This document shows, piece by piece, positions 30,859 to 32,000 of a stretch of 32,000 nt of DNA (its first letter is position 1; every line of letters starts with the position of its first letter). Below the pieces are notes generated by a model that did no database searches, was not told where the DNA came from, and saw only the letters and a list, made by a program, of their open reading frames with translations. The stretch is taken from contig CBDCNV010000002.1 of the NCBI GenBank assembly GCA_965219535.1, positions 1,290,001 to 1,322,000 on the forward strand, read 5' to 3'. The position numbers were made by a program, and so were the translations under genes. The stretch is from Opitutales bacterium (GTDB lineage: Bacteria; Verrucomicrobiota; Verrucomicrobiia; Opitutales; PNEW01).

Positions 30859-32000
30859 TTGGTAAATCCTAAAACATACGAAATAGCCGTCCTCAAGGGA
30901 GACGGTATCGGTCTCGAAGTCGTCGATGAAGCCTTGCGAGTACTGGAGGCGGTTGCAGTAGTGGAAGAGATACGATTTAACTTTAATGATTATCCCTCGG
31001 GTGCTGACTGCTACCTGGCACAGGGCACGCCGTTGCCGGATGATACCCTGGTCGCCTGTCGGCAAGCGGATGCGGTGCTGCTCGGCGCAATGGGAAACCC
31101 GGAGATCCGTTGGCCCGACGGTACGGAGATGCGACCCCAGGTGGATCTGCGCTTCAAGCTCGATCTCTATGCCGGGGTGCGTCCAATCTATCTATACGCT
31201 TCACACCATACACCGCTCAAAGGCTACGAAGCAGGGGATATCGATTTTGTCCTCCTCCGTGAAAATGTTGAAGGGTTGTTTGCGTCGATGGACTCCGGCA
31301 TCGAGCTGCGGGGTGAGGTGGCGACTGATACGATGGTTATTACGAAGGATGGCACGGAACGCATTGTCGCCTATGCATTCCAACTTGCACGAGAGCGACA
31401 GTTGGCAAGGGGATCAAGTGGTATAACTGAATTTGTCCCCAAAGTTACCTGTGTCGACAAGGCCAACATTTTTCGATCGATGGCATTCTTTCGTCGCGTT
31501 TATGATGAAGTGGCTGAGAACTATAATGAAGTTGGCCGGGAGTACGCCTACGTCGACGCGATGGCCCAATATCTGGTTCAGCGGCCCGAAGAATATGACG
31601 TCATGGTCATGGAGAATATGTACGGTGATATACTTTCGGATCTTGCCGCAGGTATTGTCGGCGGACTGGGGATGACGCCATCGGGAGATATAGGTAAGGA
31701 TGCGGCGGTCTTTCAGCCGTCACATGGAACCGCACCCGACATTGCCGGTAAGGGTATCGCTAACCCCGTTGCCACGATTCTCTCAGCGGGTATGATGATG
31801 AAATGGCTGGGCAGTTGCTTTAATGACGAAGCGACAACGCGTGCCAGCGAATGCATCGAGCAAGCAGTTAAAAGCGTGTTGGCTGATCCGACTAATGGGA
31901 CACCGGATCTTGGTGGCGATATGACCACCTCACAATTCGGAACCAAAATCGCAGAAGCGATTTTTGAGTCAAAAAGTCAAAAGGTCAAAAAGTCAAAATG
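30859..32000 (+). CDS. Isocitrate/isopropylmalate dehydrogenase family enzyme (tartrate/D-malate dehydrogenase-like); 3' end not reached in window
   Basis: Not in the ORF track because there is no stop before the window end. TTG 30859 is the first start after an in-frame TAA. Translation ...YEIAVLKGDGIGLEVV..., LLRENVEGLF, MENMYGDILSDLAAGIVGGLGM, SHGTAPDIAGKGIANP. The last 11 codons (ESKSQKVKKSK) are encoded by a GTCAAAAG array. Confidence 0.85.
   Translation, partial: MVNPKTYEIAVLKGDGIGLEVVDEALRVLEAVAVVEEIRFNFNDYPSGADCYLAQGTPLPDDTLVACRQADAVLLGAMGNPEIRWPDGTEMRPQVDLRFKLDLYAGVRPIYLYASHHTPLKGYEAGDIDFVLLRENVEGLFASMDSGIELRGEVATDTMVITKDGTERIVAYAFQLARERQLARGSSGITEFVPKVTCVDKANIFRSMAFFRRVYDEVAENYNEVGREYAYVDAMAQYLVQRPEEYDVMVMENMYGDILSDLAAGIVGGLGMTPSGDIGKDAAVFQPSHGTAPDIAGKGIANPVATILSAGMMMKWLGSCFNDEATTRASECIEQAVKSVLADPTNGTPDLGGDMTTSQFGTKIAEAIFESKSQKVKKSK
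31968..32000 (+). repeat. Trailer-orientation array (GTCAAAAR, 8-nt period, at least 4 units) overlapping the 3' end of 30859-32000
   Basis: GTC starts at 31968, 31976, 31984 and 31992. The array continues to the window edge. Confidence 0.7.

Noticed and set aside
30986-31675. + strand ORFs 30986-31426 and 31433-31675, listed in the track within the dehydrogenase region.
   Set aside because: They are off-frame relative to the continuous 380-codon IPMDH-family frame starting at 30859, which carries the diagnostic motifs. The track omits that frame only because it has no stop in the window.
5989-31999. Could the short tandem arrays be CRISPR arrays?
   Set aside because: Units are 7-8 nt with no intervening unique spacers. 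Arrays are only 20-56 nt long, there are no cas genes, and there are many dispersed copies. This is incompatible with CRISPR architecture.

Overview
This is a gene-dense bacterial window with 23 protein-coding genes. I saw no rRNA, tRNA, CRISPR array or transposase. It reads as a carbohydrate / sugar-acid catabolic island of the kind seen in marine PVC-type heterotrophs (Verrucomicrobia, Planctomycetes, Lentisphaerae). The taxon is inference only, and all family calls come from motif recognition by eye, with no searches run.

Coding content:
- Two SSF sodium:solute symporters. One (1-1595) is fused in frame to a NanM-like Kelch mutarotase domain.
- Two secreted proteins: an Ig-like surface protein and a DUF2961/GH172-like protein.
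- Two tandem cytoplasmic beta-propeller GH-like paralogs, plus a BNR/sialidase-like gene interrupted by an in-frame TAG.
- Three Fe(II)/2-oxoglutarate oxygenases (one TauD-type, two PhyH-type) and a TauE/SafE exporter.
- An HpcH aldolase, enolase-superfamily dehydratase and SDR module.
- Two tandem UxuA-like dehydratases and a second RhamD-like dehydratase.
- An aldo/keto reductase, a D-2-hydroxyacid dehydrogenase, a PQQ-like beta-propeller, a hypothetical protein and an isopropylmalate/tartrate-dehydrogenase-family enzyme.
- No recognisable regulator, sugar kinase or sulfatase.

The most unusual signal is non-coding:
- Nearly every array-bearing intergenic region is assembled from degenerate 7-8-nt tandem arrays of about eight sequence classes, and these obey gene-relative polarity.
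- (YTTTTGAC)n / (YTTCGAC)n arrays end 9-11 nt before eight start codons that lack Shine-Dalgarno motifs.
- The reverse complements of these arrays follow stop codons.
- Together with a CATTGCGARG...CCTCGCRATGAC palindromic REP/MITE-like element, the arrays build nested, foldback-like intergenic palindromes and recurring modules of about 90-200 nt.
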